A stretch of 64,000 bases of DNA from a virus. Shown here in pieces: positions 40,037 to 49,451 of the stretch. Each line of letters opens with the position of its first letter. Positions within the stretch are counted from its first letter, which is position 1. The notes under the pieces are model-generated. The model saw nothing but the letters and a program-made list of their open reading frames with translations, was not told the origin of the DNA and ran no database searches. The position numbers and the translations under genes are program-made. The stretch is from positions 32,001 through 96,000 of the IMG/VR virus record IMGVR_UViG_3300000228_000002; one strand, written 5' to 3'.

Positions 40037-41073
40037 CAGAAAGAATGTTGTCACAGAAACAATCGAAAGTAGCTGAGATAGAAATCCATCTCTTCGAAAA
40101 TTGCAATATTGCCTGCGGTTATTGCTCTCAAGACCACAATGATGCTGGTCCCAACCAAGAGTCCTTTGATAGAAAGAAAAAGTTGGCTAAACAGTACATG
40201 GCAAAGTTGTCTTGGGATAGTGAAAATTGCAGAATTTCCCTCATGGGTGGAGAGTTGTTCCAGGATAAGTTCGATTCTGCAGTATGGGAAATGTACGAGA
40301 AGCTGGTTGTCGATCTTTATACTGAAGCAAAGAAGTGGTTCTCAGGACAAGTAGTAATAGGTGCCACTACAAACTTTTTGTTCTCTGATGATTGGCTACT
40401 GGAAGTACTCATATATGAGTTGAAGAACAACCACGGTATCGACTTCAGATTAAAGACCTCATATGATATGAAGGGGAGACCTTTCACTGATAGACTTACT
40501 CAGAATTTCATGAAGAACCTGACTCTTTTTCGCAGGTTCACAGACTCGATCTCTGTTTGTTTACATAAGCCAAACATACAGGCAATGATCAAGGGTGAAG
40601 ACTCAATACTGAAGCTAATTTCTTATGATACAGAATTATGCTTCGATTGGTACATACCAGATGGCAAGAACGATGCTAAATATTTTCCTACAGATGAAGA
40701 ATGTAAACAAGCATTACTTCACATTATGAAAGAGTACCCTGAATCTTCCCCAGTAAGAGAGATGCTAGCGGGAGAAATAGGGCAAGTTCAATGTTGTTCC
40801 GAGAACAGAGTTCTCATACCTGCTAACGAGATCGTATCCAACTGCATATATCTTCCAAACCAATATAAAAATCCCATGAATCGGGAAACTACATATGATA
40901 AGGCTACAACCTTCATTAAAGAGCAGGGTTGTACCGAATGTCCACACTTTATGAGTTGTAGCTTGTACTGTTATGCCTCATCGGACTATGCAAAAAGGAT
41001 TCAAAATGCAAACTGTTTCATTAGAGAAGCTTATGAACAGTCCATCAATCAAAGAGATCCAGATCAACAGTGA
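40030..41073 (+). CDS. Radical SAM enzyme, paralogue
   Basis: CNIACGYC, MGGE, CTEC..F.SC..YC...C. Confidence 0.88.
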   Translation: MLAERMLSQKQSKVAEIEIHLFENCNIACGYCSQDHNDAGPNQESFDRKKKLAKQYMAKLSWDSENCRISLMGGELFQDKFDSAVWEMYEKLVVDLYTEAKKWFSGQVVIGATTNFLFSDDWLLEVLIYELKNNHGIDFRLKTSYDMKGRPFTDRLTQNFMKNLTLFRRFTDSISVCLHKPNIQAMIKGEDSILKLISYDTELCFDWYIPDGKNDAKYFPTDEECKQALLHIMKEYPESSPVREMLAGEIGQVQCCSENRVLIPANEIVSNCIYLPNQYKNPMNRETTYDKATTFIKEQGCTECPHFMSCSLYCYASSDYAKRIQNANCFIREAYEQSINQRDPDQQ

Positions 41074-41590
41074 TGGAAGTTTAGAAATTTCGTATGCCCC
41101 AAGATCTGCAGAAGCAATTACTATAGCAGTATCTAGAGGACTGTCAATCACTGACGACATAGAGATGATATCCCAGGACAAAGGCAGTGTGGTAGTAGTG
41201 TTCGGATCCGAGGAGACAGAAGACCTAATGGATTATCGAGCCATCAAGTACAAAGAAGATGGGGAACAAGTAAAGAAGTACTATTCAAAGAAATTTTGGG
41301 AGAAACCAAACGTTCAACTACCTATCGGAGCTAGATTGGCAAACCAGTTTGGCATTGGTTATTATTCTGACAGATCAATTTACGACATGTACTTCTTTCA
41401 CGAAAATCAGGTAGTTGTGGAGAAGCATTTTGGATTCAAGATTGGTCTTCCGTACAAGGAAGAACTGCGTTACTACAAGTACGAGTCGGGACTGTATGGT
41501 GTGACTTACGACGAAGATTTGCAAGTGCACAATCTCAAGCGATATCTTTACCCATTCGACCCATACTGTAAAAACCCTTCATACATATAA
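40973..41590 (+). CDS. Hypothetical protein (start probably near 41033)
   Basis: Coupled to the radical SAM operon. Confidence 0.6.
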   Translation: MPHRTMQKGFKMQTVSLEKLMNSPSIKEIQINSDGSLEISYAPRSAEAITIAVSRGLSITDDIEMISQDKGSVVVVFGSEETEDLMDYRAIKYKEDGEQVKKYYSKKFWEKPNVQLPIGARLANQFGIGYYSDRSIYDMYFFHENQVVVEKHFGFKIGLPYKEELRYYKYESGLYGVTYDEDLQVHNLKRYLYPFDPYCKNPSYI

Positions 41591-43006
41591 ATGCGAGACC
41601 AAATCATGTCCAAGACAGAGGTAGTTATAGAAGAGGATTTTGAAGATAATTGCATGGAAATTGCTGCAGACGAAAATCGCACGATTGTAGCCTCTCACCA
41701 AAATTGGGTGGGTCACCACCCTGCGGAAATCGCAGCTGCAAAGATTAAGAAAGCATCAGGTAACTCTGAAGATCAACTACTTCGTGATCTTCGAAAAGAC
41801 ATCTTCACTATACCACTTCTCAAACAAGAGGACTTGGTTCCATTGTTTCATCAATTGGATGGTATCATCACTGAGATAGTCAACAGAATTCTATCCTCAT
41901 CACTTACTATGAGAAGTAGAGTGGTTGACGTGATGGTCAAGGTAGCTGCAGGTAACACATATAACAAGAACATCTACGAAAAAGAAACATCAGCATTAAA
42001 CGAAAAAAGATCTAGTACATATAAAGACCACGAAATCGACTTCATGAATAGATGCTACGATTTCCTCAGAGAGGTTGGCAAGAAAGGCCTTCTCTCGGAA
42101 GAATTGGCTAAGCCCCAGTTCATCAGGGGTGTCTACGAAGAAATACTGGAAGAGTTCGTTGATATGACAAAAGACTATGTGTCAAATCATCACAGTGCAC
42201 TATATGCCAGATTATTGAACGATACCGACAAGCACTCCAAGCACCTTTCTAATTGCGTTGCCATTGAGAATAAACTGATGTTCAAAGATCAGTTGGGTTA
42301 TTCCCTAATCAGAGATGCAGAACAGGCTCATAAGAAATACATCGAAATCAGATCAGTCATCATAGCCCCATATCTTAGAGCAGTGTTTTCACTGGCCAAG
42401 AACCTAGGTAAAAACGTTCACCAGATTCTCGACAACTTCCAGAATGGCTCAATGGGATTGATACGTGCAGTATCTTGTTATTCTATTATTAAGCCAACCT
42501 CTTTCTCATCTGTTGCAAAATCCTGGATTAAGCAAATGATGCTTCTTTGTATCAAGGAAGAAGCCAATTTTGTGAAATTACCTATTGCAACATGGCAGTC
42601 ATTCACAGCTATGGAGAAAGTGCGACAGAAAGCAGGTTGTGAAATTGACGATTACGAATGCATAGCCAAGGCCAATAAAGCCACTCTCGACAAGGTGAAG
42701 TCTGTCTATGAGTCGGTAAAGATGTCACAAGTGTTCTCAATCAATAAGACATATGATCAGAACGAGAAATTGACTCTTGAGGATGTAATTCCAGATGAAA
42801 AAGAGTCTTCGGACGACGTGATTATAGGGGAGCTCCGAGAGTATATTGAGAAGGCTAATCTGAAATTGCAAGAGAAAAAGGTCATTGCCTTAACTCATGG
42901 AATTGCAGATATCATAGTTAGTAAAAGACTAAAAGAAGAAGATATAGAGAAAGAGAAGCTTGTGCAAGCAGCACGTAAAATAGGTTTCTCGTTATCTTAT
43001 CTTTAA
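41591..43006 (+). CDS. RpoD-like sigma factor with a degenerate region 4
   Basis: Region 1.2 IPLLKQED; region 2 YLRAVFSLAK...LDNFQNGSMGLIRAV...FSSVAKSWIKQ; region 3 SINK...LTLEDVIPD. Confidence 0.85.
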   Translation: MRDQIMSKTEVVIEEDFEDNCMEIAADENRTIVASHQNWVGHHPAEIAAAKIKKASGNSEDQLLRDLRKDIFTIPLLKQEDLVPLFHQLDGIITEIVNRILSSSLTMRSRVVDVMVKVAAGNTYNKNIYEKETSALNEKRSSTYKDHEIDFMNRCYDFLREVGKKGLLSEELAKPQFIRGVYEEILEEFVDMTKDYVSNHHSALYARLLNDTDKHSKHLSNCVAIENKLMFKDQLGYSLIRDAEQAHKKYIEIRSVIIAPYLRAVFSLAKNLGKNVHQILDNFQNGSMGLIRAVSCYSIIKPTSFSSVAKSWIKQMMLLCIKEEANFVKLPIATWQSFTAMEKVRQKAGCEIDDYECIAKANKATLDKVKSVYESVKMSQVFSINKTYDQNEKLTLEDVIPDEKESSDDVIIGELREYIEKANLKLQEKKVIALTHGIADIIVSKRLKEEDIEKEKLVQAARKIGFSLSYL

Positions 43007-43011
43007 TAAGC

Positions 43012-43109
43012 GGTATAGAAGCATAAATGGTATAATGGTATAAAATCGGTCAGAACAAAAACTGGCTGTTAACAACGGTATAGTGGTATAATTGGCATAT
43101 GGAGGTATA
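43012..43109 (+). promoter_or_regulatory. GGTATA repeat array in the SSB leader
   Basis: GGTATA at 43012, 43029, 43037, 43077, 43085 and 43104, plus GGCATA at 43094. The last copy overlaps the GGAGGT RBS; two copies form TGGTATAAT. Confidence 0.75.
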
Positions 43110-43111
43110 GT

Positions 43112-44119
43112 ATGCAAGGTATGATGGACAATCGTTACTCGAACATGGGCATTTCAGGCGGCGGATTCGCAAAAGAAGAACGCTGGGACTCAAAAATCCA
43201 ATGGTATGAATTAAAACCTGGCACTTGGAATCAAATCCGAATCTTCGGACCCGTATTCATCGTTGCTCAGAATTGGTTCACTACTCTGAAAGGCAAAAAA
43301 TTCGCTCTTTTCTCATTAGCATGGGATCCATTTGAGCGTTCTTACACAAAAACAGACAATGATCCTATTTGGCAATTCTTCGGAAACCCATTTGATCATG
43401 CAGACGAGAGAATCAAGGCAATTGCTCCTCGTCAACAAGCATATGTACAGGCGTTTATTCGCCCTACAGTAGGCATCCCACAAGGTGGAGATTATCGTCC
43501 ACTTCGTCTCCCTATTTCGGTGATCAACGGTATTCGTAAGGCTGCTGAGTTGAACTTCAAAATGGATGCTAACAATCAAGTGGTTATTGGACAAGATGGT
43601 AAGCCAGAAATTGCAGATCCTACTGATCCACAGTATGGTCTTGATGTACTAGTTTATTATGATCCAAGCAAAACCGGATCTGAGAAGTACTCTGTTCAAT
43701 TGGGCGGTAAATCACCGATCACTCAAGCAGAAGCAGCTTATCAGCCACACTTCATGGCTTGGCACGAAATTATCAAAATGCCTTCAGTAAACGAAGTGAA
43801 AGAAGCTCTCTCACGTAACGGTTACATGGCACTTGCTAACAATGCTGGAGCTAATTCATTCGGAAATGTTTCAGAAGTTGGCGGTTCTATGCCTGCTATG
43901 AATGTGGGAGCAGCACCTGCAGCTCCGGTAGCACCAGCAGTAGCACCAGGCCCAATGGCACCTCCTGCTCCTCAAAACATGACTCCTCCTGCACCAGCAG
44001 CACCTCCTGCTCCTCAAAACATGACTCCTCCTGCACCAGGCATGGGGGTGGGAATTGGTCCTGCACCAGTAGCTCCGACACCAACGGTACCAGCACCACC
44101 AGCACCGGGAAAGTATTAA
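43112..44119 (+). CDS. gp32-like single-stranded DNA-binding protein with a Pro/Ala-rich tail
   Basis: LKPG..QIRI.GP...DPI...Y.Q...DPTDPQYG.D...KYSV pattern; located upstream of RecA. Confidence 0.7.
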   Translation: MQGMMDNRYSNMGISGGGFAKEERWDSKIQWYELKPGTWNQIRIFGPVFIVAQNWFTTLKGKKFALFSLAWDPFERSYTKTDNDPIWQFFGNPFDHADERIKAIAPRQQAYVQAFIRPTVGIPQGGDYRPLRLPISVINGIRKAAELNFKMDANNQVVIGQDGKPEIADPTDPQYGLDVLVYYDPSKTGSEKYSVQLGGKSPITQAEAAYQPHFMAWHEIIKMPSVNEVKEALSRNGYMALANNAGANSFGNVSEVGGSMPAMNVGAAPAAPVAPAVAPGPMAPPAPQNMTPPAPAAPPAPQNMTPPAPGMGVGIGPAPVAPTPTVPAPPAPGKY

Positions 44120-44130
44120 CCCCTGGACTG

Positions 44131-44586
44131 ATGGCTCCACCGTCGGTACCTGTACAGGCTCCACAACAAACAACGGTTGCACCACCACAAATGGTGCAAC
44201 CTGTTCAACCAGTTGTAGAACCGATAGCTCAACCTGTTGCTAGCGCACCAGTAGCTCCTGCACCAGTAGCTCAACCTGTTGCAAGCGCACCAGTAGCTCC
44301 TGCACCAGTAGCTGTTCAGAATACGACACCAGATTCAGGGGAAGCACGGTTCAAGCTACCAGGAAAAACTGCCAAAGTTACTGCGGCAGAGTTTCAAATG
44401 GTAATTAATGAGTATGCCGAGAAATCTAAAAATACTAGTCCCAAGGTCGACAAATTCGTGTACCCCCTAAAAGCAGGTACAAAGGATTATGAAGGGGTTA
44501 ATGTATTTAGTTGTTTTGGCTCTTACAAGTCAGACGAGTACTGCATTAAATGCCCTCTCAGAAAGAACTGCATTATCAACAGATAG
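44131..44586 (+). CDS. Pro-rich linker + Cys4 domain; probable -1 frameshift extension of the SSB
   Basis: In the -1 frame from G GGA AAG (44107-44113); C-terminal CFG.Y....C..CP....C. Confidence 0.7.
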   Translation: MAPPSVPVQAPQQTTVAPPQMVQPVQPVVEPIAQPVASAPVAPAPVAQPVASAPVAPAPVAVQNTTPDSGEARFKLPGKTAKVTAAEFQMVINEYAEKSKNTSPKVDKFVYPLKAGTKDYEGVNVFSCFGSYKSDEYCIKCPLRKNCIINR

Positions 44587-44589
44587 AAG

Positions 44590-44883
44590 GTGCTAATGAA
44601 TCAGATAGGATTAGATCAGTATTTAGAGATCAAAGAAGATATCGAAGTAGGTGTGGTTGTATTTTTCTTAGAGGAGAAGTACAACCACCTCATTAGTGAG
44701 TCTCATTGGCTAAATTTCACTTCACTAGAAGTATATGCAGTTAAGATGAGTGCTGAAGATTTCAAGTCTATGGACATAGGTGTCCACCCAAAAACATTCA
44801 TCATTAAAGATGGCAAAGAAATTTTTGAAATTAATGGCATACCTTCTGAGGATGCTATAGGAGAGTTATATGGGTCTAAGTAG
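44590..44883 (+). CDS. Thioredoxin-fold protein lacking CxxC
   Basis: IGVHPKTFIIKDGKEIFEING C-terminal Trx motif. Confidence 0.55.
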   Translation: MLMNQIGLDQYLEIKEDIEVGVVVFFLEEKYNHLISESHWLNFTSLEVYAVKMSAEDFKSMDIGVHPKTFIIKDGKEIFEINGIPSEDAIGELYGSK

Positions 44884-46267
44884 TTTAGATAACATTTCAG
44901 ATTTACTAAGTGGAGCAGTTAAAGCAGCAGAGAAAGCTACTAAGCTAACATCTGTTTTCCAGAATAAGAGATTGGACGGAAAGCTAGTCCGATCGACTGG
45001 GTTACTATACCTAGACTACAAGATAGGTGGTGGTATTCCTTCAGGTAAGATCATCGGTATTTCGTCTGATGAACACATGGGTAAATCAGCCCTTATGGCA
45101 GAAATGACGTGGGAACAATTACAAGATGGTGGTCACACGGTGTATTTCGACGGGGAAGGTACACAAGATCCAATTTTCTTAGGGAAAAGAGGTATCGATT
45201 ATCAGTCATACCGTGGAAGAAGAAACAAAAATGGCGACCTTATTCCGGGCCAGAGAGATAAAGTGTGGTTCTATCAACCGCATACTGGCGATCAATTCAA
45301 AAAATACATTCACATGCTCTGTACTGCACTACCTGAGAACAGAGAATTACAAAAACCACCACTATTGTTCGGACTAGATTCGGCACTTTCTATCGTATCT
45401 GGTGATATTGCAGAAAATATTGATGGTAACAACACAGCAATGCATGCCAAAATGTATTCTGAGCTCCTACCCATCGTGAATGCGTCTCTACTTCGTTCGG
45501 GTGCTTCTCTGGTCTATACCAACCAACTTCGAGAAGATGTTGGTGCAGGTTTCAAAGGTATGGGGGACACAAAGTATGAACCAGGTGGTAAAGCACTAGG
45601 ATTCTTTGCTTCATGTCGTTTGCGCCTTCAGAAATCTAAAGCCAAGATGAATAACGGTATAGACGACCATCCTTTCCACGAAGAGTTCATCCCAGATATT
45701 AAGCCTAAAGCAGGCGGTGTATGGGAAGAAGGAACAACAATGGAGAAGGACAACAATCTTGATCGTTCCATTATTGTACAGTTCAAAACAATTAAGAACA
45801 AGTTCTTTACACCATTCAAAGTAGGTTACTACAGAATCGTTTTCGAATCTGCAGGTGAGACTGGTTATGGTTTCTGCCCAGTATTCGATGTGTTCTCTAC
45901 TCTTCTAGAAATGGGCCTTATTGTTAAGGCTAACAACAAGAAGACATATAAGCTGAACTTGGATGAGAAAACCAAAGAAATTGAAAAGTGGTTACCAGCA
46001 GTTTTCGATTACTACACACTTAAAGCGGCTATCCTAGCTCATGATAAGCGTGAATTAATTCAAGCTATTAGAAGAATCACTATTGAGTCTGGATGGGCTT
46101 ACGAAGGTGTAGCTGTTGAGGTTTCACCAGAGACAGAAGAATTCGATCCTGCTACTGGCGAAGTTTACGAAGTTCCTGCAGTGGCATTACCTGTTGGAGC
46201 ACCACCAGTTCCAGGAGCACCACCAGTTCCAGGCATGGGCATTATGAACAAAGGGAAAACCAAATGA
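44870..46267 (+). CDS. recA: RecA/UvsX recombinase
   Basis: STGLLYLD..IGGGIPSGKI, GKS, NQLRE, PGGKALGFFAS.RL, KNK...PFK. Confidence 0.92.
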   Translation: MGLSSLDNISDLLSGAVKAAEKATKLTSVFQNKRLDGKLVRSTGLLYLDYKIGGGIPSGKIIGISSDEHMGKSALMAEMTWEQLQDGGHTVYFDGEGTQDPIFLGKRGIDYQSYRGRRNKNGDLIPGQRDKVWFYQPHTGDQFKKYIHMLCTALPENRELQKPPLLFGLDSALSIVSGDIAENIDGNNTAMHAKMYSELLPIVNASLLRSGASLVYTNQLREDVGAGFKGMGDTKYEPGGKALGFFASCRLRLQKSKAKMNNGIDDHPFHEEFIPDIKPKAGGVWEEGTTMEKDNNLDRSIIVQFKTIKNKFFTPFKVGYYRIVFESAGETGYGFCPVFDVFSTLLEMGLIVKANNKKTYKLNLDEKTKEIEKWLPAVFDYYTLKAAILAHDKRELIQAIRRITIESGWAYEGVAVEVSPETEEFDPATGEVYEVPAVALPVGAPPVPGAPPVPGMGIMNKGKTK

Positions 46268-46955
46268 ATATAAGCATTGACTCACAAGATTTGTTAGATA
46301 TTCTACTTGAAGCCGGAATTCAGACCGTAGATGCCAAGGCTCTAATTCTTGATATTTTGACTCTTCAGGAAAATGCAAAGAAGCCACCTGAACAGAAGCC
46401 TACTGCACCAGCAGCACCTACTGCACCAGCACCAAAACATGAAGTTAGAACTCAAGTAGCAGAGAATAAAGTCTATGGTGATACTGTACAAGAGGATCAG
46501 GAAGGTCATGAGGAAGAAGAGGAACAAAGACCTGCTATCACCCGTGTTCAGGGCAAATCAGTAAATGGGTCTCGACCTAAATTTGATGGCTTTGGCGGTG
46601 ATTCTACGGGAGCACTTCGCAGATGAGTAAGAAAAAAAGAGAAAACCAAGATAGCCAAGCAATAGTTTACGCTTGGCTATCAGATTTTGACCCCAAGACG
46701 GTACAAGGCAATGTCTTGGAATCCAATATTGAATATCTAGAGAAGACGATATCAAGACTGGAAGGTCTGATGATAAAGTCTAGTGGAGACTCTAAAACAG
46801 CCTCCACAGCCAGAGCTCGAGCCATAGCGCGAGACACCGAAAAGAGTGTAGCTGGTTTAATAAACGGAATCAAGTATGGAATATCATTCCTACTTCATGG
46901 TAAAGAGGTCAACTTAGATGAAAACAATTCTAGCCAAGGGGAAGAGCTTCAATAG
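46264..46955 (+). CDS. Two hypothetical genes (46264-46626, 46623-46955)
   Basis: ATGA-coupled ORFs between recA and sbcD. Confidence 0.6.
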
Positions 46956-47934
46956 CTTTATCCAAACTAGCGACATTCATATTGGTGAGTCAAGAAATTA
47001 TGCAGGTTACTTGGAAAGACACAAAGATGTCCTGTGGCAAATTATTGCTATAGCCAAGAAGAACAAATGCCCAATACTTATTCCAGGGGACTTATTCCAT
47101 CGGGATGATACTAAACATGATGAATTAAAACTGGCATATGATTTCATTGCAGAGATTGAATCTCAAGGCATATACTGTATTATTACACCAGGAAATCATG
47201 ATCATATTGAGGGAACCAAGACACAATTGGACCCACTTAAAAATCTACCATTCAAATACGTTAAAATAGTCACATGGGAAACCGAAATTATCGAGCTTGG
47301 AAACATTGGTATCATAGCCATGTCATGGCAAGACTATACTGAAGAACAAATTGAAAAGATCGTTAGCCATCATCTGCCTCTAATAGCTGAGTGTGAGCAC
47401 AAGATTGTCATGGTTCATGAATTCATGTATGGTTCGGTTATGGATAATGGAAAAATCATTTCCAAGGGACAGAAGCTTCCTAAGACTCTACCGCAGATTA
47501 ACTACTGGGCAGTAGGCGACATTCATAAGCATCAACCAGCCGGTATGCCAAATGCATGGTATGCCGGTTCTCCACTTCAGTTCAAATTTGATGATGTCAG
47601 AGAGAAGGGAGTGATTAAAGTAAACTTCCCATTCAGAGAGAAACCAGAATTTATCCAACTAAAGTTCAAACCATTCATCACTGTGGAAAGTCCAGATCAG
47701 ATGACAGAAGATGCATATTACTATCTTAAGGCCGATGCCCAGACAGTAGTTAATGCATCCAAAGACAAAAGAATAGTAAGAGCCGAATGGGTACACGAAG
47801 AACAAACTGCTACTGCTGGTCTATCCGATATATCTATTACAGATGGTCTGGCAGAGATTTTGGCTTCAAAAGGTCTTGGAGAAGATTGGCAGGTAAAGGG
47901 TGTTGAATTCGCTAATTCAATAATGAGGCAATAA
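46918..47934 (+). CDS. sbcD: SbcD/Mre11/gp47-like nuclease
   Basis: SDIHIG, GDLFH, GNHD, GDIH, YAGSP. Confidence 0.92.
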   Translation: MKTILAKGKSFNSFIQTSDIHIGESRNYAGYLERHKDVLWQIIAIAKKNKCPILIPGDLFHRDDTKHDELKLAYDFIAEIESQGIYCIITPGNHDHIEGTKTQLDPLKNLPFKYVKIVTWETEIIELGNIGIIAMSWQDYTEEQIEKIVSHHLPLIAECEHKIVMVHEFMYGSVMDNGKIISKGQKLPKTLPQINYWAVGDIHKHQPAGMPNAWYAGSPLQFKFDDVREKGVIKVNFPFREKPEFIQLKFKPFITVESPDQMTEDAYYYLKADAQTVVNASKDKRIVRAEWVHEEQTATAGLSDISITDGLAEILASKGLGEDWQVKGVEFANSIMRQ

Positions 47935-48185
47935 TGAAACTAGGAATCACAAAGTATTCACCATTAGATATCGACACACTTTTGTCTGGTACCAAACGTA
48001 CTTTATCTCCCAATGAGAAATCCGATTATTACATGACTTTTGCAGATAGCGAGGGCTTCAAATCAAGGGTTTGCATTGTATTCAACTCATTGGAATATTT
48101 AAAGAAGAGATCCAACATAACTATTTTAGATGAAGACAACATCACAATAGCAGAAGTTGTGGAAAAGATAAAGGCTTCCAAATGA
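47934..48185 (+). CDS. Hypothetical protein
   Basis: Coupled ORF, 83 aa. Confidence 0.55.
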   Translation: MKLGITKYSPLDIDTLLSGTKRTLSPNEKSDYYMTFADSEGFKSRVCIVFNSLEYLKKRSNITILDEDNITIAEVVEKIKASK

Positions 48186-49198
48186 AATATTTAATAACCG
48201 GTGCAGCAGGGTTCATAGGCTCAAACCTTGTACATCTTCTCAAGAAAAACAAGCCTGAAGCACAAATACTTATAGTTGATAAGATGGGTGTAGGATCTGA
48301 CCCTAAGAACATCGAAGAGAGATATAACGGTACGGTAGACTTAAGGGTAGCAGATGTCACAGACTACGAGGCTATCAAATGTATTGTAGGAGAATTCAAA
48401 CCGAATTACCTAGTTCATGCTGCTGCAGAAAGTCATGTAGATCGATCTATTGATCATCCCCATTCATTTGTTGAGTCTAATATTATAGGAACCCTGAACA
48501 TTCTGGAAGCTGTTAGGTCTAATGATGACCTAATCCATAGCACAAAAATCACGTTTATCTCCACTGACGAGGTCTATGGTCAATTGGGGCCAGAAGATGC
48601 ACCATTTGTGGAAGGACTCAAACATAAACCAAGTTCGGTGTATTCAGCCTCTAAATCGGCAGGGGAGGCACTGGTTCATGCCTATATCAAAACGTATGGT
48701 ATGGATATTAGTATCACCAATTGTTCCAATAATTTTGGGCCTCGTCAACATGATGAAAAGTTTATACCAAAAACGATCAAGAGTATGCTCCAAGGTGATC
48801 CTGTTGAAGTTTATGGAAATGGCTCAAACATTAGAGACTGGATATACGTAGACGATCACAACGAAGCACTTTTGAAAGTTATTCATGGTGGTCTGATAGG
48901 TAAGAACTACAACATCGGTGGTGGTAACGAGAGGACTAATCTCCAGATCGTTGAGGATATAAGAGAGATCGTATTCTCAGAGCCATACCTAGAATATATT
49001 AAAGAATATCACAATATTGAACTGAATCCACTCTCGATTAAGTTCGTTGCAGATCGTAAGGGTCACGATACCAGATATGCAGTAGACTACACAGCTACAT
49101 CCAAAGAGCTTGGTTGGAATCCCGACACGAATAAATACAAAGAGAGACTTCAAGATACAGTTAAATGGTATGTTGACAAGTTAAGAAACTTGAACTGA
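48182..49198 (+). CDS. rfbB: dTDP-glucose 4,6-dehydratase (RmlB)
   Basis: TGAAGFIGS, AAESHVDRSI, STDEVYG, YSASK, CSNNFGP.Q..EK, RDWIYV.DH, DRKGHD.RY. Confidence 0.95.
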   Translation: MKYLITGAAGFIGSNLVHLLKKNKPEAQILIVDKMGVGSDPKNIEERYNGTVDLRVADVTDYEAIKCIVGEFKPNYLVHAAAESHVDRSIDHPHSFVESNIIGTLNILEAVRSNDDLIHSTKITFISTDEVYGQLGPEDAPFVEGLKHKPSSVYSASKSAGEALVHAYIKTYGMDISITNCSNNFGPRQHDEKFIPKTIKSMLQGDPVEVYGNGSNIRDWIYVDDHNEALLKVIHGGLIGKNYNIGGGNERTNLQIVEDIREIVFSEPYLEYIKEYHNIELNPLSIKFVADRKGHDTRYAVDYTATSKELGWNPDTNKYKERLQDTVKWYVDKLRNLN

Positions 49199-49208
49199 TG
49201 AGGATAAA

Positions 49209-49451
49209 ATGAAACCTTTTCTAAATGAGATTACTATCTGTGATCAGATACGCCCAAGAAGAACCTATCTAATCAATGGAAAGCCAGAAAAAATAGTGCG
49301 ATTTATACCAATGCAAAATAGAGAGGGGATGATCGAAGATATTGAGATTTTGCTAGATAAAAAACAAAATCGATATTTTTCATGGAATCTATTTAAAAAT
49401 GGTAAGTCATGGGTCAAAAATATTTATGAAGTTAAGGTGAGTAGATTATGA
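49209..49451 (+). CDS. Hypothetical protein
   Basis: GAGGA RBS, 80 aa. Confidence 0.55.
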   Translation: MKPFLNEITICDQIRPRRTYLINGKPEKIVRFIPMQNREGMIEDIEILLDKKQNRYFSWNLFKNGKSWVKNIYEVKVSRL

